Below, in pieces: positions 28,055-38,109 of a stretch of DNA of 64,000 nucleotides. Both the position numbers and the translations under genes were made by a program. Each line of letters begins with the position of its first letter. Positions within the stretch are counted from its first letter, which is position 1. Source of the stretch: an uncultured Methanosarcinales archaeon (GTDB taxonomy: Archaea > Nanobdellota > Nanobdellia > Woesearchaeales > UBA12501); contig CAYFJX010000005.1 in assembly GCA_964343705.1 (NCBI GenBank), positions 66,791 through 130,790 of the forward strand, written 5' to 3'. The notes under the pieces are model-generated. The model saw only the letters and a program-made list of their open reading frames with translations. It did not search any database and was not told the origin of the DNA.

Positions 28055-28544
28055 TCAGGAACCTGCTTGGCACGCGGTCCATGTCATAAAAGTAATGCGC
28101 TGTTTCCTTGAGTTTTGAACTTGCTGTCTTACCAAAAGCAATAACTTCTGTTCTACAACCAAGGCTTTCAACGTGTTCTAATAAATCTTGAAAGTCTCCA
28201 TCACCAGAGACAAGGACAATTACATCAAGTTTGCTTGCCATTCGCATAATGTCCATTGCAATGCCAATGTCCCAATCACCTTTTTTTGCGCCGCCATAGA
28301 ATACCTGGAGGTCTTTGGCTCGTACTTCATAACCCATTTTTTCCAGTGCATTATGGAAGTCTTCCTCGCCGCGAATGTCAGCATTAATTACATACGTAAT
28401 GGCTCGAATTAGTTTTCGTCCATCAACTGCTGTTTTCAAAATATTGCCAAAATGTACCTTAAGGTTATACAAATTCTTTGCTGAGTAATACAGGTTCTGT
28501 ACATCTATAAAGATGCCGACCCGTTGGTCTTTATGGGTACTCAT
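27963..28544 (-). CDS. NYN/LabA-like (DUF88) nuclease-fold protein
   Basis: 'VGIFIDVQNLYY', 'VLVSGDGDF'. The C-terminal 40 aa are low-complexity and overlap the thioredoxin gene. Confidence 0.65.
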   Translation of the reverse strand: MSTHKDQRVGIFIDVQNLYYSAKNLYNLKVHFGNILKTAVDGRKLIRAITYVINADIRGEEDFHNALEKMGYEVRAKDLQVFYGGAKKGDWDIGIAMDIMRMASKLDVIVLVSGDGDFQDLLEHVESLGCRTEVIAFGKTASSKLKETAHYFYDMDRVPSRFLIGYKGPTRTRAWGGKSGTRTDKRNVPAKSK

Positions 28545-28677
28545 TTTCTCACCCTCTGTTAGTTTTCATATAATTTATTGTAGTTTACGTATTCTCGTTT
28601 GATTTGCTCAATTATTTATATAGTTTGTGACTTAAAACAAAAGATTTAAATATATACTATATTTTATATTCTATATT

Positions 28678-28878
28678 ATGGCAACAACGACTATAGCTGT
28701 GAAGGATACAACAAGGGATATGCTTAGTCATGCAAAGGAGCAACTTCATGCAGAGACACTTGATGAAACCATCCACAAGCTAGTCTTACTCCTGAAGAAG
28801 CCAAAGAAATCAATGTGTGGAATAGCTAAAGGAGTAAAAAACACTTTTAAGAGGGAAAAGCTTGACCGTTTTACTTGA
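28678..28878 (+). CDS. VapB-like antitoxin (small DNA-binding protein)
   Basis: 66-aa ORF overlapping the start of the PIN gene by 17 nt. This is a typical toxin-antitoxin arrangement. Confidence 0.45.
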   Translation: MATTTIAVKDTTRDMLSHAKEQLHAETLDETIHKLVLLLKKPKKSMCGIAKGVKNTFKREKLDRFT

Positions 28879-29239
28879 TTCTTGGGCATGGATAGAATAT
28901 TTTATCAGCTCTCCTGTTGGTATCAAGCTTGGGAAAAAATATATTGAAACAAATGAAGAGGTATTAGTTACACCCATTAACATTAGTGAAATTTATTATT
29001 TTTTTCTCAAAGAAAAACCAAAGCATGTAGATGCAATGATTGATTTCATTCTCCGCAAATCATTTCTTACTGAATTAAGTGCTGACATTGCAAAAAAAGC
29101 AGCAAAACTTAAACATGAACAGAGGTTTGCTCTTGCAGATGCAATTGTTTTGGCAAGTGCGCGCGAATTCTTTGCAGAGGTTGTCACAGGAGATAGTGAT
29201 TTTAAAGGAGAAAAAGATGTTATTTATTTAGGTAAGTGA
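28862..29239 (+). CDS. vapC: PIN-domain ribonuclease (VapC toxin)
   Basis: 'LLDSWAWIEYF' (N-terminal Asp), 'LADAIVLASA', 'VVTGDSDF': conserved PIN acidic residues. Confidence 0.72.
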   Translation: MTVLLDSWAWIEYFISSPVGIKLGKKYIETNEEVLVTPINISEIYYFFLKEKPKHVDAMIDFILRKSFLTELSADIAKKAAKLKHEQRFALADAIVLASAREFFAEVVTGDSDFKGEKDVIYLGK

Positions 29240-29245
29240 GTTAGG

Positions 29246-29446
29246 TTACCTTTCCCGCCTAATAATACCGTTCCGAGCATCAACTTCAATTATTTCTCCA
29301 TTCATTAATGCTCGTGTTGCGATTTTGGTTCCAATACTGCAGGGTTTTTTCATTTCTCTGCTAACCACTGCCTTCTCGAACAGTATGTGATAAATAGAAT
29401 TTAATTGCTTTTCCTTTTTTTCTTTTTTCAATAAACCTTTCTTCAA
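29246..29446 (-). CDS. hypothetical small protein (66 aa)
   Basis: ORF only. Lies downstream of the truncated helicase fragment. Possibly a remnant. Confidence 0.25.
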   Translation of the reverse strand: MKKGLLKKEKKEKQLNSIYHILFEKAVVSREMKKPCSIGTKIATRALMNGEIIEVDARNGIIRRER

Positions 29447-29503
29447 GGAGGTGACTACAGTATATAAAACTTTCTGCTTATTTTTCTATTCAGAAAATTG
29501 TGG

Positions 29504-30193
29504 TCACCCCTTTATGTGGGGTGGTTTATCAAATTCTACTTCACCTTCTAACAAGATGCCTTTTTTCAATTCACAGGGCCGCCAGGTGTCAATAACTAAT
29601 TCTGCATCAAGCCAGTCAGACAACTCTTTTGGATTACCTATTGTAGCACTTAATCCAAGAATCTGTACTTTGGGTAACAACTTCTTAAGCAAGGTCATAA
29701 GAATTTCAAGTGTTGGCCCTCGTCGTGGATCATTAAGCATGTGGATCTCATCAACAACTACAAGCCCAATGTCTTTTACCCATGGTGCACCATGACGAAT
29801 CACGCTGTCGAGCTTTTCACTTGTTGCGATAATAAGATCGTACTTTGCCAAGTGAGGATCACCACTATCTAAATCACCAATAGACAATGCAATGCTAAAC
29901 AATTCACCATAGCGTTGTTTGAATTGCTTGCGTTTTTCACTTGCCAATGCCTTTAAGGGTGCCAAGTAAATTGCCTTGCCTCTTTTCTGTGTGAGGATTG
30001 TGTTGATAATGGCGAGCTCGGCAACAAATGTTTTTCCAGAACCAGTTGGTGTACACACAATCATACTCTTGCCTTCAAACAATCCTTGGTCTATTGCCTT
30101 GCCTTGTGCAGGCCTGAGTTTATCAAGTCCTGCTTCTTCGTATCGTTCATAGATTACTTCTGGAATTTTACCTTTAAGATCTTTGAGTTGCAT
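29504..30193 (-). pseudogene. Ski2/Hel308-like superfamily-2 helicase, N-terminal RecA1 domain only (truncated gene remnant)
   Basis: Walker A 'CTPTGSGKTFVA', DEIH box 'VVVDEIHML', motif III 'GLSATI'. The ORF ends after about 229 aa, with no RecA2 or C-terminal domains. Confidence 0.55.
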
Positions 30194-30240
30194 GGTGTTG
30201 GTGTAATGGGGCTGTATAAAAAGATTAAGGTAAAAGAGGC

Positions 30241-30359
30241 GCCCTGGCTGGGATTTTCACCCGTACACTTTCTCTGTTGCACGAGATTTGAACCCAGATA
30301 ACGGCAAAGCCGTAACTAGATGCTCAATCTAGCGCAATACCAGATTATGCGACCAGGGC
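30241..30359 (-). tRNA. type-II tRNA (anticodon GAG, Leu; discriminator G) with a ~33-nt intron in the T-loop region
   Basis: Minus-strand fold: acceptor GCCCTGG/CCAGGGC, anticodon stem CTAGA/TCTAG, loop TTGAGCA. Long variable arm ACGGC-TTT-GCCGT. T stem CTGGG/CCCAG encloses TTCAAAT plus 33 extra nt. Confidence 0.6.
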
Positions 30360-30597
30360 ATATGGAAAATTATTTATACTTGGTCTACCTATCTATGTTT
30401 GATGCTCAATCTTCGCACATGATTATGCGACTTTTTTTCTTTATTTTTATCTTGCGTTTATCCTTAATAAGCGTTGCTCAGAGAAAATCGACGTCATTTC
30501 AGAGAGTCCAAAAACTTTTCAACTAACACTGAAACATTTACAAAATAAAAAAGAAGTCTCGGAATATTTCCGAGATAACCGAAAAAGAAAAAAAGAA

Positions 30598-31542
30598 TTA
30601 CTCAACAAAACGCTCTTCATACTTTGGTCTGAGAACCTTGTCAAGAAGCCACTTGTCTTGTACGAGTTCTGGAACAACAGGTAGTAATGCACTTTCAAGA
30701 TTTCTATGGCATGCACAACTTTCATCATAAAAATCACTTTGTGCAACTGCTTGTGCAATCCCTACATTTTGGCTTGATCGTTTCATTGCTTCTCCAACAA
30801 TCTCATCATTTACAGCGTCAAAGTTTTTGTCAGTAACTAAGACCATTCCTGCCCAACACATTTCAAGTTCCCCAGCAAGTTTTGCTTCAGGATAGTAGGT
30901 CATGCCAATAACATCATATCTTGGATCTCTTGATGCAGTTTCAACAGCAGCATCATTACGGAACTCAGGTCCCTGAATACAGTAATACGTACCTACTTTT
31001 AACACATCTTCTCCAAGTGCAACCTGAGCTGCGCCCTGGAAAACACCCTGTAATCGATGGCAAGGATCATAATGTCTGTGTACAACTGCACCTACACCAT
31101 AAAATGAGGTGTCTCTTCCTTGTGTATGATCCTCGATACTTGTTGGGATGTAAAACATACCCACTTGTACTTCGTCAGACAATGAACCAACAAGACTAAA
31201 TGAGATCATATCAGTCACACCTGCCTGTTTCATTGCCATAACCAATGCACGATAGTTTGTGTTTGCAGGATCTGTACCATGTTTGAAGAACTTCTTTGCT
31301 GCTGGACCTAAGCTTGTGCCATCATCGTCTCTTGAAATAAGAACTTGATGCCTGTTCGCAAACACTACTGGTACGCCATTAAGTTCACCTTTCATAACAC
31401 GAACAATGCCGTGGTCAACACTTCTATCAGTCCGCGTCATGGTATAGCCAGTTTCAATATCCACTGCTTCCCCTTCAAAACCTTCAAGGCCCTTGTCAAA
31501 ACCAGAGCCACCCATAATTCCCAGTACTCCCTTGTTAGTCAT
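30598..31542 (-). CDS. purine nucleoside / 5'-methylthioadenosine phosphorylase (PNP/MTAP family)
   Basis: 'GIMGGSG' and 'FANRHQ' (MTAP-like), plus a C-terminal Cys pair. 314 aa. Confidence 0.72.
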   Translation of the reverse strand: MTNKGVLGIMGGSGFDKGLEGFEGEAVDIETGYTMTRTDRSVDHGIVRVMKGELNGVPVVFANRHQVLISRDDDGTSLGPAAKKFFKHGTDPANTNYRALVMAMKQAGVTDMISFSLVGSLSDEVQVGMFYIPTSIEDHTQGRDTSFYGVGAVVHRHYDPCHRLQGVFQGAAQVALGEDVLKVGTYYCIQGPEFRNDAAVETASRDPRYDVIGMTYYPEAKLAGELEMCWAGMVLVTDKNFDAVNDEIVGEAMKRSSQNVGIAQAVAQSDFYDESCACHRNLESALLPVVPELVQDKWLLDKVLRPKYEERFVE

Positions 31543-31598
31543 ATAATCACCATTTGAGTTAATTCTCTCAGAATTCGTTTTGAACCTTATAACTATTG

Positions 31599-32276
31599 TT
31601 ATGCTGTGATGGTATAATGGAAAAATGTGTCATGAGGATTTTCCAGTTTCAACATTTGTTTAACACTCAACTTCTCGAAATATTTTCTAAATGGCCGCAT
31701 TGAATTACCATGCGCAGAAATGGCTACATTACATTTTTCCTTTTTCATTTTTTTAAGAAGATCTTTGATAAAATTATTCACGCGCTTTTCAACCATTTGT
31801 ATGCTCTCGCCGCCAGGTGGGGGTATGTCATATGATCGATGGTAAATGTCATAGATTGTTTTTGCAACTGTTTCACCAAATTCGTGTCTGTGATTTCCTT
31901 TCATCTTACCATACTTTTTTTCAACAACTTTAACAACTGTTTTTTGAACATCTTTCATAAACGCTTTGTGACTGTGCTTTTGTAGTTTTCCATAACATCG
32001 TTCAATCATGCGATCATCTTTAATAACTTGTTTACACTCAGGATGAAATTTGAGTACTTCTTTGAGTGTTTCTTTAGAACGTGACAGTCGAGAATGATAG
32101 GCAACATCAATTTTTTTGCTCTTTAATCTCCTAGCTACCTTACGTGCGTTTCTGTAGCCTGCAGCTGTCATCTTAGAATTAATCCACCCGGTAAACCAAT
32201 GGTGGGTGTTGTACTGTGTAAGTCCATGTCGGAATAAGTAGATATGTAACCTCTTTTTTGCCATGTTACGCACCAT
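31599..32276 (-). CDS. histidine-phosphatase (phosphoglycerate-mutase-like) family protein
   Basis: 'LHIYLFRHGLTQYN' (RHG catalytic motif). Start chosen at the ATG with minimal overlap of eno. The ORF opens at 32345. Confidence 0.65.
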   Translation of the reverse strand: MVRNMAKKRLHIYLFRHGLTQYNTHHWFTGWINSKMTAAGYRNARKVARRLKSKKIDVAYHSRLSRSKETLKEVLKFHPECKQVIKDDRMIERCYGKLQKHSHKAFMKDVQKTVVKVVEKKYGKMKGNHRHEFGETVAKTIYDIYHRSYDIPPPGGESIQMVEKRVNNFIKDLLKKMKKEKCNVAISAHGNSMRPFRKYFEKLSVKQMLKLENPHDTFFHYTITA

Positions 32277-33540
32277 ACTTAGCTTTTTTCCCAAGCGCTT
32301 CTTCAATTCGTAACAACTGATTATACTTGGCAGTTCGCTCACCACGACAAGGAGCTCCTAATTTAATTTGTCCACAACCAAGGCCTACGGCAAGGTCAGA
32401 AATAAATGAGTCAGTGGTTTCACCAGAGCGGTGACTAACCATCACTTTCCACCCATGATGCTGCGCGAGTTTTGCAGCAGAGAGTGCTTCAGTAATTGTT
32501 CCAATTTGATTAACTTTGAGCAGCAGCGCATTACACAAGTTTGCATCAAACCCAAACTCTATCCGTTTCATGTTGGTAACAAGAAGGTCATCACCAACAA
32601 TTTGAGCTTTTTTCATTCTTCCTTTTTTCATTTGCTGCATAAGGTCATGCCATGCTTGAAAATCATCTTCTGCAAACGGATCTTCTAAGGATATGATTGG
32701 GTAGTCTCCAAGGAGGTTCCAATAATAATCCAAGAGCTTATTTGCACTCATAACTCGCTTAAGTTGGTATGTTTGCTTTTTTGGATTGTAAAATTCAGAG
32801 GCTGCTGCATCCATTGCAATCTTAATCTTTTTACTATATCCTGCTTGCGCAACTGCTTTTTCTATTATGTTTAGTGCGTCAAAGGCATTGTCCACAGGGG
32901 GAGCATAGCCACCTTCATCACCAACATGTGTGCTGCTTTTTCCACACTTTTTTGCAAGCAAGTCTCCCAGAATGTGATACACTTCTGAAACCATTTGTGT
33001 TGCTTGGGTGGTATTCTTTGCTTTTACTGGTGCAATCATGAATTCTTGTATTGCAAGTTTTCCTGCAGCATGTTTGCCGCCATTAATAATATTGGCAAAG
33101 GGTACTGGCATGCACACTTTTTTATTGTGAGCAAGGTCTGCAATATACTTGTATAATGGTTTTTTGTGTGCTTGTGCAGCACATCGTGCAGCTGCAAGAC
33201 TTACTCCTAGAATTGCATTGGCACCAATCCACCCTTTATTAGCTTGATGCACTGCGCCTAACATAATAGTATCAACATTAGTTTGTGTTAATTCTTTTCC
33301 TTTGAGTTTCTTTGCAAGAAAATTGTTAACCTGCTGTACTGCTTTGGTAACTCCTTTACCCCTCCACGCTTTTTTGTTATCACGTAATTCGGCTGCTTCA
33401 TGTTTTCCTGTTGATGCACCTGAGGGAACACTTGCTCGCGCAGTTGCATTTTTTGTAGCTAGTTCTACTTCTACAGTGGGGTTTCCTCGTGAGTCTAGAA
33501 TTTGTCGTCCGTGAATAGATTGTATCTTCATTTGAATCAC
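32266..33540 (-). CDS. eno: enolase
   Basis: 'ILDSRGNPTVEVEL', 'SVPSGASTGKHEA', 'SHRSGETTD'. 424 aa. Confidence 0.95.
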   Translation of the reverse strand: MIQMKIQSIHGRQILDSRGNPTVEVELATKNATARASVPSGASTGKHEAAELRDNKKAWRGKGVTKAVQQVNNFLAKKLKGKELTQTNVDTIMLGAVHQANKGWIGANAILGVSLAAARCAAQAHKKPLYKYIADLAHNKKVCMPVPFANIINGGKHAAGKLAIQEFMIAPVKAKNTTQATQMVSEVYHILGDLLAKKCGKSSTHVGDEGGYAPPVDNAFDALNIIEKAVAQAGYSKKIKIAMDAAASEFYNPKKQTYQLKRVMSANKLLDYYWNLLGDYPIISLEDPFAEDDFQAWHDLMQQMKKGRMKKAQIVGDDLLVTNMKRIEFGFDANLCNALLLKVNQIGTITEALSAAKLAQHHGWKVMVSHRSGETTDSFISDLAVGLGCGQIKLGAPCRGERTAKYNQLLRIEEALGKKAKYGA

Positions 33541-33745
33541 TCTTTTTCATTGTTTATGCTGTGTGGTAATTTAAAGTTTATCTTTCTAGTTGAGATACTA
33601 TTTTTGAGTACTCAATTGTCATTTTGATCGTATTCTGGAAAGCATTTGGAAAACCACAATCTTTTTAAAGAAATAATCCTGTATACGCAATAACCTTGTA
33701 ACTAATCATAAAAACACATTTTTTTGTTGCATAGGAGGTGTATAG

Positions 33746-34438
33746 ATGCCAAAAAAGAAGAAAAAATCAAGGAAGGCAGCTAAGCCTAAAAAAAAGGCTA
33801 GTTCCGCAGCTCCTAGAGCTCCTGCTCCACGGTCTTCATCAAATACCAAGTGGATAGTTGGTGCAATAGTTGCTGCTGTGATCTTATTTCTGCTTTTCTC
33901 TGGTAAACAAGCTCCAGAAGCTCCAATGGATGACGCCCCTGAGGCTCCATCAGACGGTGCTGCTGAGGCTGAAGAGGACTATGGTGATGAAGAAGGACGA
34001 CTTATACCTTCAGAAGTTACACTAGTTGCTGAAAGAACAGGCGTGCGAGTTGGCGCTTATGGTAAAACCACATGGGAAGAAGGTTCATTCTTCGGTGGAA
34101 TTAAATGCCTAAAGTCAACTGGTTACCGATGGGATGTGGTAGAATTCCAACTAACAAATAAGGAAGCATACCCGATCCAATTGAGTTACGCAACACTTGT
34201 TGGTCGAGAACAAAAAGCAACCCCTACAAGTTTCACCATTAACGGTCGAACACTTCGAAAGGGTGTTGAAGAAGCATGCGGAGGCGATGTTGTTGAAGCA
34301 GGAAAGACTGTAACATGTAAGTTTGAGGAACCTCTCAGACACTACGGTCCAACTGGTAAACAAAGCGCAAACGAACTTCAAATTAAGATTCGACACGACA
34401 CCAAGAAAACAACCTCGCAGATTCAATTCTTCTGTTAG
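33746..34438 (+). CDS. hypothetical membrane-anchored protein with Lys-rich N-terminus
   Basis: 'MPKKKKKSRKAAKPKKK', then TM 'WIVGAIVAAVILFLLF' and an acidic linker. Confidence 0.45.
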   Translation: MPKKKKKSRKAAKPKKKASSAAPRAPAPRSSSNTKWIVGAIVAAVILFLLFSGKQAPEAPMDDAPEAPSDGAAEAEEDYGDEEGRLIPSEVTLVAERTGVRVGAYGKTTWEEGSFFGGIKCLKSTGYRWDVVEFQLTNKEAYPIQLSYATLVGREQKATPTSFTINGRTLRKGVEEACGGDVVEAGKTVTCKFEEPLRHYGPTGKQSANELQIKIRHDTKKTTSQIQFFC

Positions 34439-34567
34439 GAATATTTTTATTTTTTTATTTCTTTTTTTTCTTTAGAAAAACTTTCTACTTACACTTATAT
34501 GGTGAAAGGCAAAATAGTAGATCGCTTTTACCATAACGAACAAACAACAATTTGATTATTATTATTA

Positions 34568-35695
34568 TTATTTGTGAGTATACATAAACTGATCAATCTT
34601 GTTCCTTGCTTTTTCACGGGCAGCCTGGTGCTTTTTCAAGAAACCATTGATCTTCTCAATAAGAATTGCTTTAAGCTCACCAGAGAGCAATGCTCCTGAT
34701 TTATAATCATCATAAATCTTCTTCAACTTTTTATCATCTTCTTCTAAAAAGGTAAGCCAGTGGTAACTTGTGTCAATATCTGGATTTCCTCCTTTTTTCC
34801 GATGCTCTTCAACTGTTGGCTGGCCACCACTAAAAGCATACTTGTTAATCTTCTTCTTAACTTCTTTTGGTGTGTCTGTCAGAAAAACAGCATTGCTTTT
34901 TTGTGAAGAAGACATTTTCCCATGTGGGCTTTCAAGTCCAGGAAGGAATTTACAAAATAACAATGATGGCTTTGGGTAGCCGAGCTTTGGCATGACATCT
35001 CTGCATACGCGAAAGTGCGCATCTTGGTCAATAGCCATTGGAATTAAACAAGGCATGTTCTTTCCTTTTATTACACTGGGTAGAAATGCTGGCACAGATT
35101 GCATTGCTGTGTAAAATATTTGGCCAAGGTTGTTTTCATTAGTAAATCCAAATACTGCTCGTGCAGTTGAAAACGTGATCTTTCGTGCCACCCTACATGC
35201 TTGTTTATACATGAGATTTGCATGTTCAGTGTCAACAAGAAAATGTGTTCGTTTAGGATCAAAGCCTAATGCAATGATATCACACATGTTTTCTTCCATC
35301 CATTTCTTGCTCTCCTCAAAATCTTTGATTTTATTGAACAAGAATTTTTCCTCATCAGGAAATTGAAACCACAAGTCAACCTTGTAGGTATCTTGCAACC
35401 ACTTGGTTATCACCCAGGGGATACTGTGGCCCAGTGTGACAGGACCAGATGGGGCTCGCCCGGTGTACAGAAAAAAAGGGTTTCCTTTATCATACTCTTT
35501 AAGTACCCAATCTAAATCTCTATGGGAAAAAAAGAGCTTACGCCTCATTAAATAATGCAGATTTCCTGTCTTTTTCTTCATGTGTTGAAGATGTTTTGGT
35601 GTGATAAGTTCAGTCCCAAACTCTTTACACAGTCGATCGTAATCAACAGATCCGGTCACTTCCCAAGGTGTGACCTTTTGTTCTTTCTTTGCCAT
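34568..35695 (-). CDS. trpS: tryptophanyl-tRNA synthetase (archaeal/eukaryotic type)
   Basis: Class I motifs: 'GRAPSGPVTLGH' (HIGH-like TLGH) and 'KMSSSQ' (KMSKS). 375 aa. Confidence 0.82.
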   Translation of the reverse strand: MAKKEQKVTPWEVTGSVDYDRLCKEFGTELITPKHLQHMKKKTGNLHYLMRRKLFFSHRDLDWVLKEYDKGNPFFLYTGRAPSGPVTLGHSIPWVITKWLQDTYKVDLWFQFPDEEKFLFNKIKDFEESKKWMEENMCDIIALGFDPKRTHFLVDTEHANLMYKQACRVARKITFSTARAVFGFTNENNLGQIFYTAMQSVPAFLPSVIKGKNMPCLIPMAIDQDAHFRVCRDVMPKLGYPKPSLLFCKFLPGLESPHGKMSSSQKSNAVFLTDTPKEVKKKINKYAFSGGQPTVEEHRKKGGNPDIDTSYHWLTFLEEDDKKLKKIYDDYKSGALLSGELKAILIEKINGFLKKHQAAREKARNKIDQFMYTHK

Positions 35696-35729
35696 GAGTG
35701 TGCTGGGGGTGTTTGTGTTTATAAAGTTT

Positions 35730-37037
35730 TTACTTTGTTACTTTATTTTTCTTCATCCATGCTTTGATTATCTTCGCAGTGAAGTTTGTTGAGTCCTTGG
35801 ACCAGTGGCCTCCTGGCTGGTACCATTCCAGTGGATGTTTCTTAGTGTATTTTTTCCAGTAAAGGGTGAGGTCAATGTAATTAATATCATGTTTTTTCAC
35901 ACATTGCTTAAGGTGGTTTCTAACAAGGGTATTATCAAAATCTTGGGGTTGCGTGTTGTTGTATTTTCTTGCAAGTTTGTCTAACTCAGGTGCATGCATC
36001 TCTTGTTTGCTGGGGATGTACACTACAATGAATGTTGCATTGTTTGCTTCAACTGAGTCTTTGAATGGTGCCAAGACTTTGTCACAGTTGAACTTAAATG
36101 ATTTCTCAATTTCTGTTTTAGGATTTTTTTCAAATAGTCTGATAAGGGTGATATTATTTGCTGGTTTTTTGTCTTTGAAAAATTCTCTTCCTTCTTTGAG
36201 AAGTGCCCCCAGGTGTAGTTTGTGTTGGAGCCAGCTTCCACTCTCTTCTGTTGTTGGTGTTTTTCTATCGGTAAATCGTATTGTTTCATTACGGGGAACA
36301 TACACTGGTCGTTCGTAAAATGTTTTTTGTAGATTGCCATTAAGGTCATTGGAGAAATGCATGAACACGATAAGGTCTGGTTCAAGTTCTGAACGTACCT
36401 CTTTATACAATATGTGGCTTTGTAAACTTGACAAACCACTCATGCCAGTGTTGAGAACTTCAAAATCTTCATCAAGCCTTTTATCAAGGTAGTAACTCAG
36501 CGTCTCGTTCTGGTCAAGCCCTGCACCAAATGCAAACGAGTCCCCCATAACCAACACTCTTTTAGTTCCAGGTTCTTTTTTTTGCTTTGTTGGTCTATTC
36601 TCCCTCAACCCTATGTTGTTTATTTTGTAATAGGCAAGATTGGGAGGTGTCTCACTTATAGTTGTTTTTTCACAATGGGGGAATGGTGTTGCCCCAATGC
36701 TCTTCAATGATTTCTGAGCAAACTCTGGCAGCATTTTTGTGGGTATAGGTTGTTTAACTCCATCTCGTTCAATAAGTAATGGTCCTCCAACCATGAAATC
36801 ATGTGTCCTAATAACTTGCATAACCTTTCTTCCAAGTGAGTCAACAAATTCCAGTTTCAAAGCACACCCGTTCTCCTTGGTCAGTGCCTTAATTTCTGTA
36901 GGGCTCATCTCCTTCATTGGATAGAACACACTTAGGCTTAGCTCAGCTAGAATAAAACAAAGAACGAGTGTTGCACACACTAACAGGATATTGCTTGCAA
37001 TCTTTTTTACACGCTCTTTTTTCATGACAGAAATCAT
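35730..37037 (-). CDS. membrane-anchored SGNH/GDSL-family hydrolase
   Basis: N-terminal TM. 'RVLVMGDSFAFGAGL' (GDS(L) block I). 'FMHFSNDL' (block III-like). Confidence 0.55.
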   Translation of the reverse strand: MISVMKKERVKKIASNILLVCATLVLCFILAELSLSVFYPMKEMSPTEIKALTKENGCALKLEFVDSLGRKVMQVIRTHDFMVGGPLLIERDGVKQPIPTKMLPEFAQKSLKSIGATPFPHCEKTTISETPPNLAYYKINNIGLRENRPTKQKKEPGTKRVLVMGDSFAFGAGLDQNETLSYYLDKRLDEDFEVLNTGMSGLSSLQSHILYKEVRSELEPDLIVFMHFSNDLNGNLQKTFYERPVYVPRNETIRFTDRKTPTTEESGSWLQHKLHLGALLKEGREFFKDKKPANNITLIRLFEKNPKTEIEKSFKFNCDKVLAPFKDSVEANNATFIVVYIPSKQEMHAPELDKLARKYNNTQPQDFDNTLVRNHLKQCVKKHDINYIDLTLYWKKYTKKHPLEWYQPGGHWSKDSTNFTAKIIKAWMKKNKVTK

Positions 37038-37165
37038 CTCATTGGTATTTTAAACTATTTCTGTGCTCTGTTGGTCATGTCAAAGTGGCTTTAAAACCTT
37101 CTTAAATGAATTCCACTTTGTAGTAGTACACCACAATAATCTTTATAAATAATCATCAGTTTCTG

Positions 37166-38017
37166 TTGTATACTTCACAGGGGGTATTATGCATGATTAC
37201 AAAAAACTACATTCGGTTTAGTATTATCTGCCTGGTTATATTCTCACTTGTTTCTGTTTTTGCAACTGCAACATCCTATGTTGTACCGCATGATTCAGAT
37301 GACAGCGAGGTAATTTACCAGCTACAACAACACCGCACCTCTCAGGGAGTAGAGGCGTTATCAGGACAACTACAAGATTTACAAGATGACATGTTTTTTT
37401 ATCAAGTTAATGAATACAATAGAGACAAAAGCCTACGTGACGAACTACGCAAACAGTTCAAAGATGGAGCATGGCATGTAAAAGGCAAAAAGCGTTATAG
37501 GGACCATTGTTGGGGATATGATGCTGCCTACGCTAAAGTGGGAGCAGACCATGAATTTTTTAGATTCTTTAAGAATTGTGATAGGTCACCACAACACAAT
37601 CGGTTTGATGCTCGGTTTGAACATAACTTCTTGTTTTACAATAAGTTCTACCACCACCGCAGACCAGTATGGTGGCAGCATAATGACTTCAAAAAATGTT
37701 GGAAGTCTTCAAACTACCAAGAATACCTTGACTGTAGAAAAGCACACTTGCCAAGCTACAATCCACACTGGCCACGAGCAGACTTGAAACACACCGGTGT
37801 AACAGACTATGGACGAAATGCATATGTTTCATGGTCAAACAAGTGTGGCAAAGTGATCCAGCGACAAGGACCACGGCAAGGAAACTTAGAAAGCAATGCT
37901 GACCGAGCACGTCAAGGAACACTCCAAGACCAAGCAGCAGAACGCCTAAAGCGATTCCAAGGAGCAAACACTTGGTGCAAGGCACGAAGCTGGTGGATGG
38001 CTGGACAGGCATCGTAA
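37166..38017 (+). CDS. secreted hypothetical protein, His/Trp/Tyr/Arg/Cys-rich
   Basis: Signal peptide 'FSIICLVIFSLVSVFATA'. Unusual composition with 7 Cys. No known motif. Confidence 0.45.
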   Translation: MYTSQGVLCMITKNYIRFSIICLVIFSLVSVFATATSYVVPHDSDDSEVIYQLQQHRTSQGVEALSGQLQDLQDDMFFYQVNEYNRDKSLRDELRKQFKDGAWHVKGKKRYRDHCWGYDAAYAKVGADHEFFRFFKNCDRSPQHNRFDARFEHNFLFYNKFYHHRRPVWWQHNDFKKCWKSSNYQEYLDCRKAHLPSYNPHWPRADLKHTGVTDYGRNAYVSWSNKCGKVIQRQGPRQGNLESNADRARQGTLQDQAAERLKRFQGANTWCKARSWWMAGQAS

Positions 38018-38109
38018 TTTTTTTATACTTTCTTCTTTATCTCATCTAAGAATTCATTGCAAGTACTTGTGATAAAAATTTTTCAATTTCACTTATTTTA
38101 TCTTGTATT

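Noticed and set aside
29246-29446. Possible Spt4/Gar1-like small RNA-binding protein
   Set aside because: The resemblance is superficial, with no zinc ribbon or Gar1 barrel pattern. Kept only as a low-confidence hypothetical ORF.
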